A DNA stretch of 64,000 bases. Source: the human T2T-CHM13v2.0 reference genome, Homo sapiens. The stretch's first letter is position 1, and each line of letters opens with the position of its first letter. The DNA is taken from assembly GCF_009914755.1 (NCBI RefSeq), contig NC_060948.1. The stretch is one strand, 5' to 3'. The translations under genes and the position numbers were made by a program. The notes under the pieces are model-generated. The model searched no databases, had not been told where the DNA came from, and saw only the letters and a program-made list of their open reading frames with translations. Positions 22,988-45,551 of the stretch are shown here, piece after piece.

Positions 22988-23565
22988 CCACATTGTTGTT
23001 TTATCCTGTATCATGCTGGTGCAGAAACCCAGGGAGTGGTTTCAAAAGTCCAATTCCAAAGCCATTTCTTTCTCCTAAAATGAGAAGTAATCATTTTTCT
23101 CATTGTTTTTACTTATCTACCACAGGTGCATTATTGACATCTGGAATATCAGGCCACAGTGATGCCTGTAGCCATTGAATTACACACAATGGTTTAGGCA
23201 AAAAGCATTTATATTTGTTTTTTTTTTTCTCAGCAAAGTTTTTTTCTTTATTGGTAATTTTTTTTGAGAAACATCTAGATTTTATTTTATTTTATTTTAT
23301 TATTTTCTTTTTTTAATTATACTTTAAGTTCTAGGGTACATGTGCACAACGTGCAGGTTTGTTACATATGTATACATGTGCCATGTTGGTGTGCTGCACC
23401 CATTAACTCGTCATTTAACATTAGGTATATCTCCTAAGCATTTATATTTGGCATTGAACATCAGGACATGAGTTTATGGAAGCACTAAAGCTCATTAATA
23501 TTATGCAAAGCCAAACAGAATGACAGTCTCAATTTTTTGAGTCCACACCAGCTGAATGCATGGCT
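22988..23565 (-). pseudogene. Relic CNBD exon (module III), split by an L1 insertion
   Basis: Acceptor ...ACCATATGCAG; with the L1 removed one frame reads KIETVILFGFA...LMFNAKYKCFLPK...LLLILGERNGFGIGLLKPLPG, then after a frameshift CTSMIQDKTT, matching CNBD VPLF / FLPG / LGEGxxFGEIALL / RTAT; donor GTCAGC. Confidence 0.75.
23218..23436 (-). mobile_element. Short young L1PA 3' fragment with ~50-bp 3' transduction
   Basis: TTATACTTTAAGTTCTAGGGTACATGTGCAC end; TSD AAGCATTTATATTTG on both sides. Confidence 0.9.
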
Positions 23566-24059
23566 CTGCATATGGTAATATTAGCAGAAAAATTAAAAAG
23601 GGGGTCAGATGCGAAGTAACCCTGCACTAGGCAACAATAATAAACATATCAGTGGTACTCAAATTGTACTCTGTGTAAAAACCACCTGGGAAAAAAATTG
23701 CTAAAAATAAACTGAATGCAGATAGGGGCAGTAGTGGTTCCTAAATTAAGCTATGTGTGAATATGATTGAATTATAAGATATAATTATCTGAGATCCAGT
23801 ACTGGATATTCTGATTCAGTCACTTTTAGGTGGAGCCTAAGCATTTGAACATTTATAAAACTATACAAATTAATCTGATATGCTGCCAGGTTTGGGAACC
23901 ACTGGAATAAGGGACTCAAAGATGGTTTCATTCATTCCACTTTCTCCCAGCAAAACCATACATAAACCACCTTGAAACAAAGGTATATCTCTATTTTAAA
24001 AGGCTATTGGCCTCACTATTCTTCAGGAAAGTGAAAACTAAAAACTGAGTTAACTACAA

Positions 24060-27480
<3,421 letters not shown>

Positions 27481-27509
27481 CTTTTAAAGAGGAAAATACA
27501 TGATTAGAG

Positions 27510-28303
27510 CAAAGAAATTACTAGAATTACTAAATGAATTCAACAAGATCACAAATATAAGATTGATATACAAAAATCAATTGTATTTCTATGTACTAAC
27601 AAAGAAATGTCCAAAATGAAATTAAGAAAACAATTTTATTTACAGTGGCATCAAAATGATTAAAATACTTAGAAATAAAACATCAAAAGAAGTGTAAGAT
27701 TTGTACAATGGAAATGATAAAACATTGCTAAGGGAAATTTTAAAAGATTTAAATAAATGGAGAGACACTCTGTGTTCATGGACCAGAAGCCTAAATATTG
27801 TTAAGATGGAAATTCTCCTCATATTGATCTATAGGTTCAATGTAATCTCTGTCAAAACCACAACAGGATATTTTTCAGAAGTTGACAAGCTGATATCAAA
27901 ATGCAAAGGATCCAGAATGACAAAAACAGTTTTGGAAAAGAAGGACAAAATGCAGTACGTTTACTTCTCAACTTAAAATCTTATATAAAGCTATAGTAAC
28001 CAAAACAATGAGGCACTGTCATAAACATAGACAAATGGATCAATGGAACAGAATTAAGAGTCCAGGAATAAACCCTTATTTTTATGGTCAATTGACTTGC
28101 AACACGGGTATGAATATAATTTAACGGAGAAAAGGTTATCTTTTCTACAAATATTTCTGGCACAATTGGATACTCATATAAAAAATGAATATGAACCCTT
28201 TTCTCATATAATATACCAATATTAACTCAAAATGTATCATAGACATAGAAATAAAAGCCAAAACTATAAAACTTTCAAAAGAAAAATAGGACAAAATATT
28301 TTC
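27510..28303 (+). mobile_element. Old L1M ORF2 fragment (resumes at 32371)
   Basis: KTLLREILKDLNKWRD...NIVKM. Confidence 0.8.
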
Positions 28304-28612
28304 TTTTTTTTTTATTTGCAATCCATTTATTTGGGTAGACTTGAAATACAACAGGGACATTCAAAAGTTTGAGCAATAATTTATGCTATATTTATAGCAT
28401 AGCCAGATTTCATTCCCAGAATTTCTATCTCCCCTGTGATGTTTTGCTCTGATTTATGAATTTATTTGTACTAAAATCAGGTAAGTCAAGCATTTATTCT
28501 AAACTCCCAGTCTGTTTTTTATAACTTATGTGGTTTGTACACTTTCCAATTATTAATTCCTTCAATTATTCATTCAGCAAATATTGACTGTCTTAGAGAC
28601 ACAGTGGACACT

Positions 28613-32407
<3,795 letters not shown>

Positions 32408-32731
32408 CTATATACCTATTAGAATGATTAAAATTAAAAAGAATTACCACAATGTAATCCATCCATGTAACAAAATTACACTTGCATCCCGTAAATTTAT
32501 ACAAATAAAAAACACTTTTATAAGAATTTTCATAGTAGTTAAGCCCCCAATAGAAAACAGCTCAAATCCCCAATAGAAAACAGCTCAAATGTCCAACAGG
32601 TGAATGAATAAACTGTGATACACTCATACAATGCGGTACTACTCAGCAATAAAAAGGCACATGCTATTTATACACAGTGTAATAGGGGTGAATTTCTCAA
32701 AATAATGATGTTGTGTTAAAGAAAGATATAA

Positions 32732-33066
<335 letters not shown>

Positions 33067-35018
33067 CTGTCTGACTTTGTTTATGTGAAATTCAAGAAAG
33101 GGCTAAACTATAGTGACAGAGTGAGATGAATGGTTGCCTCAGACAAGGGATGTGATGTTGTGGGATTGACTGTAAATGTATAGAAGGAATGTAACTCTTG
33201 ACTCTGGTGATGGTTACAGATATGTATGTCAAAATTCATAACTGCATACCTAAAATGAATTTTATTTTATGTAAATTCTATCTCAATAGTGTTGATTGTC
33301 AAAATAAGTTAATAAAGGCAGAAAGTGGCTATCTTCATTACTGGATTTAATAATATGAGGGTCTTTGTTAACCTTCAGAAGATAAGTTTTGGTGAAATGG
33401 TAGGTACAAAGTTGTGATTGTATTCAAGAGAGAATGGAGGAAAAAGGAATGGATATACTAAGCACAGACAATTCTTTCAATACTTTCTGTAGAAAGGAAG
33501 ATGAAAATGACATGATAGCTTAACAGAATAATAAGATAAAGGGAAGCCTTCTAAAGACATTTGACAAGCTTGCATGCATAGTTATCTGTTGAGATAGGAG
33601 GAGACACTGGTAGTTTGAAGAGAGAGAAGATGCAAAATAGTTACCTAGGAGTGTGAGCTTACTGACAAAATAATGTAGGATTTCTAGATTGCAAAAAGAT
33701 ACAAAGCAAATGCAAACAAAAAAAGCAGTAGTAGTAATCTTAATGCTTCACAAGCTGAAAATTAATATGCACTAATAGGAATAAAGGAAAACACTATGTA
33801 GTGATTTTTTAAAACTAAGAAAATGATCAATGAATACACATAGCAGCTAAAGATTTAAAACAAAAGTAGTTATACATGCAAGGACATGTTGCTAACACAA
33901 TTAGAGCAGTAGATTTCAATATACCTCCTTAAGGATTGGACGGATAAAACAAGTCAGAAAATTGGAATTTAATACATTCAAGAAACTGATTTAAAAGATG
34001 TATATAGAAAATTACATCTCTCAAACACAGGCTAGGCAATCTTCATGCCCACAGAAAACCATAAAAATCAGTCATGTCTTTAAGCCATGAAGTAAACTTT
34101 CAAAACTGTTTTAAAGTATAGATTTCAAAGCAATATTTTCTGACCATAATTCAATAAAATAAGAAATAAATAATTTAAAAATGGTTGAAAATAATAAATG
34201 TTTAGAAAATGACCTTCCCAATGATAATAACTTTACAAAGATATTAAGAAAAGGTGTTTTAAGATATAAAGACTTATTTTTAATGAATCACCAAGCTGGA
34301 GAGAAAGTAAGAAATCCATAAAGACAGAAATATAAACTAAATGTGGGGACCTTGAAAGGTAAGTTAGCACTAAAGTTGACGTTTACCCAGAAAATATCTG
34401 CCAAACCTGAGTGACCTTGAGCTTCTGTTTTGACGAATGCACAGGGCACAGGAGACAGGCTATAAATCCTATAGCCTATCCAAAAGGACAAGTCTATTAG
34501 GACAGCTACATTTAGCTGGAACTTCAAAAGTCTTCACTATCAGTATAAAAGGGAACAGAAATGAATAGCAAAGAAACATGCTTAATTTTGACTCTGGAAC
34601 TGGAGAAGTGGGGAAAAAAAGTCTCCCCTAAGAATTTCTAACCAAAAAGTGGCCCTCACTGCAGGTTTGTGGTCCAAAATACACACAACGTGTGAGGTCC
34701 CTCAAACCACAAGTCTCAACCAAAAATTTAAAGCTGTCCCAGGTTGGTAGTGCCCCCAGGTGACCAGCAGAAGCAAATGCAAATCCTTTCTGGAGAAGTA
34801 CAAAGTTCCAAGGAACATGAGCTGAAAGTCAAAACTCACAAAATGCTGAAGGAAATAAGGCACCATGATTCTGAGTCAGGGGGAAAAAAAAGTTGAAAAT
34901 ATATAGCAGAATCAGACCTCCAAGGGGCTTCAGATATTGGAATTATCAGACACCAAATATTTTTAGACTATGTTTAATGTTTTTCAAGAAACAAAAGGTA
35001 TTTAAAAATACAAGAAAG

Positions 35019-35317
<299 letters not shown>

Positions 35318-35677
35318 GCAAGAAACAAGAGATTATTTTTTAAATTATCCAGCATATTTAAACTTCTATGAGTGAAAAAAAGTTTTCACTTGTAGCTTTT
35401 TATTTTGACAGTTTCAGATACACATAAATGTCACAAGAACATTACAAAGAATTCATATATACCCTTCACCCATATCCTCCAAATGTTAAAATTTTACCAC
35501 ATTACTTTATGTCTATCTGTCCCTTCCATGCTCATTCTCTCTCCTCTCTCTGTTTCTGTCCACGCATATAAAAATATTATGAAATAAATATCATTAATTA
35601 CATATTATTTATGACATGGTATTTATTTTTATGTATGTATTTTTAGTTAGTTTCTGAAGCATTAAAGAGTAAGTTGC

Positions 35678-36185
<508 letters not shown>

Positions 36186-36644
36186 ATTGTGTTAAGTGAA
36201 ATAAGCCAGGCACAGAAAGATAAATACCACATATTCTCAATCACATGTGGAAGTGAAGTAAGTTGATCTCATAGAAGTAGAAAGTAGAAACTGGACGAAT
36301 AAATTGTTAGGGATGTGTGACTATGTAAAAATCCAGAAGAAAGGTGGTGCTGGTCAAACAAAACAATAGATGTACTCTTCGGCTGCATTTCTTGCTCCCA
36401 TTCTTGACTTTAACTTTTTTTAAAATTGGGGTATTCATCTAATTCATTTGTAAGAACACTTTATATATATTTAGGACCATACCTTTTGTCTGGCATATAT
36501 ATTGCAAACTTATTTAAGATATTGTTAGTTCTTTATTTTAATTATAGTATTTTAAAGAAATTTTAAATTTTATATAATCAGATATGTAATTGTTCTTACT
36601 ATTTCTGCCTTTTCTTTGTTGCTTAGGGAAAAGGGCCTACATAA

Positions 36645-37051
<407 letters not shown>

Positions 37052-37321
37052 TAGTGTATTTTGATGTATGCTTATGAAGAATGATCAAATTTAGTTTTTT
37101 ACTGTAATTGATAAAACAACTCATTCTTTTCCAACTAATTTGAAATGATACACTTTTTTATATAGCAAATATTTATGCATAGTTGCACTTATTTTTTCCA
37201 TTCTGTTTTTTGTTTCTATTATTTTACTGCTAACAAATATTTTAATTATTGTAACTTTATAATGTTTTAATATCTAAAAGTGAAAATCACTCCCTGGTAT
37301 TTTTTTAAGAATGCTATTGGC

Positions 37322-37637
<316 letters not shown>

Positions 37638-37754
37638 CTATTCTTGTGCATAACTTTTCCATATGAATTTAGGGATCATTTTAACAGGTCCCTCCCCACA
37701 AGTAATCCTATTGGGATACCTATAGAAATTGCATTAAACCTAAAAACTAAATTG

Positions 37755-38046
<292 letters not shown>

Positions 38047-38914
38047 CTAAATTCAGAAGAAATAAACACCTCATGACATTGAAATCTTATGACATTTCCC
38101 CTTCTAGGTACATAGTAGGTTTGTCCAATTATGAAAGTATTCTTTTAAGTCCCTCAGTAAGGTTTTAAAGTATTGTACATATCCTAGTATTGCACAGATT
38201 ATTTTTATTGTATTGTTTTGTTTCTGTAGGGGTTACTTTTTCAGCATATCTTCTAAATCGTTATTTTTTGTTTATTGGAATAGAAAGCTATAGATTTTAA
38301 ATTACCTTTATAATACCATACTGAATCTTCTTATGAGTTGTATTTCTTCTTGTCAGTATTTGGTAGGTTTTATTTTTTCTCTTATTATATTGAAAAAGAC
38401 TTTTGGAGCCATGTCATGTTGGTAATGGTCATCTGTGTCTCGTTTCTAAGAATGAGTATTGGTTACAGATAGTCTGTATGACGTTAAGGAAATATTATTT
38501 TACCATAGTTTCCTGTGGTTTAAAAAGATAGTTATAATTGATATATTTTATCAAATAACTTTTGGATATCTTTCATTATGAGGAAATATTTTAAACCTAT
38601 TTGAGATAATAATTTATATTTTAGATTTCTTTGTATTAATTTTATTTTATTATTTATTATTTATTTCACTATTTTATTCCTGGCATAAGTTTTACTTCGT
38701 TATGATGTCTTCTTTAGTTTGCTAACATTTTAAAAGGGTTTCAGCCTGTTCTAACTGATATTCTGTGACTTTATAATATTTGGGAGTTTTTTACATTTTG
38801 GCATCCACTTCATAGAAAGAATATGATGCTGTCCATCAGTTTAAATGTTTTGGAACCATGAAAATGTCTATTCCATGAAGGTCTGTAATAATGTGCCTGA
38901 AAAACCTTATTTTT

Positions 38915-39143
38915 CTTTTTCATTCTTCCAACTTTTATTTTAGGTTTAGTGGGTACATGTGCAGGTTTGTTACATGGGTAAATTGCATGTCACTGAGGTT
39001 CGGTGTGCAAATGATTTTGTTACCCAGGCAGTGAGCATAGTACCTGATAGGTAGTTTATCAATCTTCACCTTCCTCCCACCCTCTACCCTCAAGTAAGCT
39101 CCTGTGTCTATTGCTCCCCCCTTTGTGTCCACACGTACTCAAT
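38915..39143 (-). mobile_element. L1P 3' end fragment
   Basis: TSD GAAAAACCTTATTTT. Confidence 0.85.
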
Positions 39144-40479
39144 GGAAAAACCTTATTTTTCATAAATTCAATTTCTTTCATGTTTCTTGATCTACTTAGC
39201 TTTTTATTTCTCCCAGAATCAATTTTGGTACTGCTTTTTTAGATAATCTCTTTTTCATCAGTAGTTTAGAATTATTTTTATAGACTCATTAGTGATATTC
39301 TTTACTAAAATTTTCACTTTGTTGAGTTCTCAGTGGTTATACCTACTTCCTTATTTTGACTTTGGGTAATTCTTACCTCTCATTTTTCTTGATCAACCTT
39401 GCTAGACATGACAGACTGACAGCTATACACCATAATCTGTATTATATTGACCTTTCTGGGCTCATTAAACAGACTACATTTTTCAGCCTTCCATGCTGAA
39501 GTGGCCAGTTTGGAGTGGCCATATGACTGAGTTTTGGCCAATGAAATGTTAATAAGTGGTGTGTGCCACTTCCAGGTCTGGCACATATGAATGTTTCATT
39601 CACACTTCTCTATGCTTATTTCTTCTTTCAGAGGACTGTGATGGAGATAATCAATGTAACTTTAGATGCCATATATTGAAGATGGAAGAGTCGCTATCAG
39701 CTTGGATCCCTGAACGATCATGTAGAGACAAATCATCACTTGTCTACTAAGCATATCTGCCTTATACTGTTACATAATTGAGAAACTTTGTTGTCCTTGA
39801 ACCATTTAACATTTTGAGGTCTATTTGCTTCTAATACACCCAATATTTATATATTTGTTTTTTCCAACACAAGAGGTTACAATTTATCAATTTTTCTGTT
39901 TTCTAAGTAATTACATGCAGTTTTTATTAATTACATTTTCCTGCTTACTTTGTTTTTACTGCTGCTGTTTTGTTCTAACTTATTGAATTCAATATATAGT
40001 ACATTTATTTTCAGTCTTGTTTAGTAACCAAGGTACTTAAGGATTTATAAGTTCCTCAACAACAGTTTTTACTACAACCCATAAATTTTGAAAAGTAATA
40101 CTCTCTTTGACCATATTTTTAAATAGTCTGTAGTTGTAATTTGTATTTCTTATTTGATCCAGGATTTATTTGCAGGATTTTTTAAAATGTCCCAGTAATT
40201 GTGATTTTATACAAACACTAAATAATTTCCAGTTTTTAAATACAATTGTGACCATTGCATTTAGCTTATATGATCTCTGTTTTGAGACTCAGGTGAGATT
40301 TTGTGACATAGTACCAGACAAAATTTCCATAGTGCTGAAAAAGAAAACTTCTTTTCTTGTATAAATGTGAATATTTAACCACATTTACTAATTTTTATCT
40401 CCTTGTTTATTTTTATCTACATGATATGTCAAAAACTGTCATGAGAATGTATGAAAGATTGTTAAATAGGCAAAAACGA

Positions 40480-40707
40480 CTGGGTGTCCATTTAGTGGAA
40501 TACTGGCAATGGAATTCCGGGTGATCCGATTTTGTAGAGTTGTGCATCTTTGTCTTTGACATGGCTATTTTACAACTCTAAAAGTTGTAGAAAACTAATG
40601 GCAGTATAAATGATTTTTGTCCATAGAAACACAAATGAGCACTGTCCAGTAGAGACACAAGTGATTTGCATACTATATAGAAAACATGATTCTGAACAGT
40701 TTTTCAT
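40480..40707 (-). pseudogene. Relic pore-helix/S6 exon (module III)
   Basis: TTTTTAACAG acceptor; *YANHLCLYWTVLICVSM resembles the K-channel pore helix YxxSLYWAVxTxxS. Confidence 0.55.
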
Positions 40708-40784
40708 CTGTTAAAAAATTCATTTCAGTATTCTAAACTCTGTGTGTGTGTGTGTGTGTGTATATAGTTTGCTCTTCAGATTTC

Positions 40785-41830
40785 TTTTTATTTTTAGTAA
40801 TTACGGGTACATAATAGGTGTATATGTTCATGAAGTATATGTGATGTTCTAACATACGCATACAATGAGTAATATACACATCAGGGTAACTGGGGTAGCC
40901 ATCATCTCAAGCATTTATCATTTATTTGTGTTAGGAGCATTCCAATTCTACTCTTTTAGTTGTTTTAAAATATATATTATTGTTGACTACAGTTACCCTG
41001 TTGTGCTATAAAATGCTGTATCTTATTCATTCCATCTAACTATATTTTAGCACCTATTAGCCATCCCCACTCCCCACTACCCTTTTCAGCCTCTGGTAAC
41101 CATTATTCTACTCTCTATCTCCATGAGTTTAATTGTTTTACTTTTTAGCTACCACACTTGAATGAGAACTTGTGAAACTTTTCTGTGCCTGGCTTATTTC
41201 ACTTAATATAATATCCTCCAGTTCCATCCGTGTTGTTGCAAAGGACAGGATTTCATTATTTATGGCTCAATAATATTCTATTGTGTATATGTACCACATG
41301 TCCTTTATCCATTCATCTGTTGATGAACACTTAGGTTCATTCCATTTGGTTCTTTTTCGTAGTTTCTATCCCTTTGTTCATTTTATCATTTGGTTCAGGA
41401 ATCGTTTTCCTGATTTCGTTTGCTTACCTATCTGTGTTCTCTGTTAGCTCACTGAACATCTATAAGATGGTTATTTTGACTAACTGTCAGATAATTCCTA
41501 GATCATGTCTCTAGAGTTAGTTTCTGGAACTTTATTTTGCTGAATTCAGCCATGTTTCCCTGTTTTGTTTTTCTGTGTGCCTTGTGATCTTTTATTGGGA
41601 TTTGGGTATTTAAAAAGATAGCCATCTCTCCCAGTCTTAATGGAATGGCTTCATAAAGGGAAAGACCTTCACCAGTCAGCTTGGCTAGAGAATCTGTGGA
41701 CCTCTTAACCTCTTCTGTGAGCTTGTGCATGTAATTTCCCAGTGAAAAAGGTTTGCTCCTGTTTTCTTCTCAGGAGTCCACATTCTATTACTCCCCTTGG
41801 TGTCTATCTGTGGTATTGCAGAACGAGTTG
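40785..41830 (-). mobile_element. L1MA 3' fragment and other L1 pieces; (TG)n at 40741-40760
   Basis: Antisense L1 3'UTR. Confidence 0.8.
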
Positions 41831-42148
41831 TAGAAGAAAGTGATAATGGCAGGGAGATCAGTTGGAGGTTACTGAAATAGTCCAGAAGAGATATCAAGAG
41901 CTGAACTCAAGTACTCATAATGAAAATGATAAGTTAATAAATTTGGCAGCCTTTACAGAACTTAGAGACTGATTGGATATGAGGGATAAGATAAAAGACT
42001 GGGTTGGGAATAATTCTTAGTTTTTTACTTAAGTTACTATAAGAATGGTGTTATTAACCATGAGTGTGGGGAGAATGATGGAAAAATACCCCTTAAACTG
42101 ATAAGATATAAAATGAAAATAAACATTAGTGCTACACACACAGAAATA

Positions 42149-43253
42149 TTGAGAGGTGACAACGTGCTAGCGGCCCTTGCTCACTCTTGGCGCCTCCTCG
42201 GCCTAGGTGTCCGCTCTGGCCAGGCTTGAGGAGCCCTTCAGCCCGCCACTGAACTGTGAGGGCCCCTCTCTGGGGCTGGCCGAGGCCGGAGCCGGCTCCC
42301 TCTGCTCACGGGGAGGTGTGGAGGGAGAGGCACCGCAGGGAGCCAGGGCAGGGTGTGGAGCTCGTGAGCTGGCATGGGTTCTGGGTGGGCACGGGCTCCG
42401 TGGGCCCCGCACTTGGCGCCACCAGCCAGTGCCTGCTGGGCTTGATCCGGGATGAGCTCCCTCTGGGCTGCCGGAGTGTCCCTGCTGGGTGCCAGAAACT
42501 CCCGCAGCACAGTGACTGCCAGTGAGAGGTGAAGTCAGCTGGGCTTCTGGGACTGGTGGGGACTTGAGAACTTTTCTGTCTAGCTAAAGGATTGTAAAGG
42601 CACCAATCAGCACTCTGTGTCTAGCTAAAGGTTTGTAAATGCACCAATCAGCACTCTGTGTCTAGCTAAAGGTTTGTAAACACACCAATCAGCACTCTGT
42701 CAAAAAGGACCAATCAGCTCTCTGTAAAATGGACCAATCAGTAGGATGTGGGTGGGGCCAGATAAGGGAATAAAAGCAGACTGCCCCAGCCAGCAGGGGC
42801 AACCTGTTCGGGACCGCTTTCATGCTCATCACAGTAAATCTTGCTGCTCCTAGCTCTTTGGGTCTGTGCGGCCTTTATGAGCTGTAACACTCACAGCGAA
42901 GGTCTGCAGCCTCACTCCTGAGGCCAGCGAGACCACAAACCCACTGGGAGGGACAAGCAACTCCGGACCAGAGAAATGAACAACTCCGGATGCCCACCAC
43001 CTTTATGAACTGGAGTGAAGCTGCAGACCAGGAAACCACTGGAAGGAATGAACAACTCCAGACGTGCCACCTTTAAGAGCTGTAACACTCACCGTGAAGG
43101 TCTGCAGTTTCAATCCTGAAGCTAGCGAGACCACGAACCCACCAGAAGGAAGAAACTCCGGACACACCATCTTTAAGAACTGTAACACCAGGAGGGTCTG
43201 CAGCTTCATTCTTGAAGTCAGTGAGACCAAGAACCCACCAATTTTGGACACAA
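42149..43253 (+). mobile_element. LTR12 (ERV9) solo LTR
   Basis: TGAGAGGTGACAACGTGCT start, GC-rich U3, tandem CACCAATCAGCACTCTGTGTCTAGCTAAAGG repeats, AATAAA, ends TTTTGGACACA. Confidence 0.93.
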
Positions 43254-43732
43254 TGTGACCAAAGTTTACATCACAGATGAGAATACTTCAGGGTTTAGCA
43301 CTTGGTAGGAAAAACAGGCATTTTGGCTTCTAACTCTAGAAACAAGTGATTATCTGTTACTCTTGTGTCACTCAAATCTATGTTCACAAACAGCACTACT
43401 GCATTTGGTGTCTTTTTTATCAAGAGACAGAGTCGTGCTCTGTTGCCCAAGTTGTAGTGCAGTGGCACAAAACAGCTCACTGTGAGCTCAAACTCCGATG
43501 TCAGCATCTTACTGTTCCTAAAAGGTTAGAAAGACAATAGCTGGCAGAAACTACACGTGTAGAAAAAAATAAACACATTCTTAGCTAGGAAGGTACCAGG
43601 AAGTATAAGTATTCTCTGTTTCCTCAAAAATCATAGTAAACTGAAGACCAAAAGATGGGTTAGATTCGTAGTTCTTCCTGAATATCCAATATTATTAAAA
43701 ATTTTTATTGTGAATATCTGGCCATCACATAC

Positions 43733-43877
43733 TTATACTGTCTTGACTCTAAAGTACATTTTCCTACTTAAAAGCTTTGGTCTGACAGTATGAAATGGGA
43801 AGATTATTTTTCATCAGCCAACTTGGAAATGAATTTCATATAACATGCTAAGAATTGCATGAAATTCATTTCTTTTT
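43733..43877 (-). pseudogene. Relic S2 exon (module III)
   Basis: CTTCCCTAAG acceptor, GTATGT donor; YMKFISKLADEK; phase-compatible with the upstream exon. Confidence 0.5.
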
Positions 43878-43971
43878 CTTAGGGAAGATAACAGAAATCA
43901 CCTTTTAATAGTTTATTTATCTTAAATACTTTATCCAAATATAGAACTACTTCTATCCACAAAGTACATAC

Positions 43972-44057
43972 CTAGAAAAATTCAAGAATAGAAATATCCC
44001 AGTAATATGGAGGCCAGGTTTCAGGCAACCTCAACTACTTGAAACACCACCCAGAAC
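43972..44057 (-). pseudogene. Relic S1 exon (module III), 86 bp
   Basis: TGTTTTGCTTTCAG acceptor, CTAG|GTATGT donor; FWVVFQVVEVA*NLASILLGYFYS*IFL hydrophobic; both stops are TGA (possible CGA decay). Confidence 0.65.
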
Positions 44058-44884
44058 CTGAAAGCAAAACAGGCCTTTGAAGTACCGACCTAGCTGTCAA
44101 GTATGAACTTGCATACTTCATTTTCAAAAAGTATTCTTGCAAACTGTCATTTAGATAATATAATAGTTAATATTGTGAGTACTTATTATGCATCCATTGT
44201 TACTGTTTTCTGTACAAGAGACCATGAAATAAACTCCCAGATTCCACTGTTGGGGAAAATTTTGCCTCTCAAGATAAACACATTCTGTCAGATAATGATA
44301 ATTAAAACCAAAAAAAACAAAAATATGTACTTCTCTTTTCTATTGGCTGCTATGAAGCACAGAGATAAATTTAGCACTCATAAAAAATAAATATTTTATC
44401 CTGGATTCCTCAAATAGTTTCTCTTCTTAATTTCTAATTTCCTTTCCAATCTATTTTTAATCTATCCTACCTTATGTTTTAATACTATAGGGCATCTCAA
44501 ATCATTTTGTTAAGTTGATAAACTATGTCTTATAAATATTTATAATATTTATTTGTAGAATAAAAACAGTAAGAAAATGGATAGCAATTTAAGAGATGTC
44601 AAATATATCTCAGTAAAAAATTAGTGACCAATATAATACCAATAGAAAAACAAAACAAAGCAGAACAAGTCATTCACAAAATAATTAAAAACAAACAGCA
44701 ATAAAAATAATTTTAAAACAAAAACACTTTTACAAAGGTTTAAGTTCATTCGTAATTAATAAATGCAAGTGAAAATGAGTTAGTTATAATTTATTGCCTA
44801 TGAAACATCCACAGATAAGATAGAATGAAAATAGCAGCACTGACTAGAGTATGAAAAAGTTATTTTCATCACTTGATGTCCAGG

Positions 44885-45433
44885 TGTTGGAAATAAATTT
44901 TCGGTGCCACAAAAGAAATAGCACTCAAACATAAATTTTCTCAGCAAGGCAATTTTACTTCTATAGAAGGGTGTGTCTCACAGATGGAGCAATGGCGAGA
45001 ACACACCTGAACAAGGGAGGGGAAGGGATTCTTATCCCTGACACAGGTTGCTCCTACTGCTGTGTCGTTCCCCTATTGGCTAGGGTTGGACCACACAGTC
45101 TAAACTAATTCCAATTGGCCATTTTAAAGAGACCAGGTGTACAAGCCAGAGAGGCGGGGTGAGCAGTTTTGGTGGGAAAGGTGGTTATGGAACAGGTGAC
45201 TAAGGGAGACTCAGGTCAGAGCAGGTGACCAGGGGTGATTCAGGATGGAGCAGGTGACCAGGGGAACAGATGTGAACTACTGATTAGAACTGGCAGAAAG
45301 GTTGTTTACTGAAACTAGGGGCAAGGAGATGAAGAGAATGAGAAAGTTAAACTTTAAAATGGAGAACAAGGACCTGAACATACTGACATACTGATTCTTT
45401 GAAGAGAAACTTAGAACTCACTGTATTTAACAC
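44885..45433 (-). mobile_element. ERV1-class solo LTR (LTR10-like)
   Basis: Reverse strand begins TGTTAAATACAGTGAGTTCTAAGTTTCTCTTCAAAGAATCAG; CAGG on both flanks. Confidence 0.75.
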
Positions 45434-45551
45434 AGGGAAGGAGTAAATCAACTGGTATAATCTTTTCTGAAAAAAATCTGGCAATATACAACAATAGTTT
45501 TTAAAATTTATATATCCTTTGACTCGGAGATTCCAATTACAGAGACTTATC

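Noticed and set aside
23116-23574. Plus-strand exon-like segment (CCACAG acceptor, GTAATA donor)
   Set aside because: All plus frames have several stops and no recognisable motif; the minus strand explains it as a CNBD.
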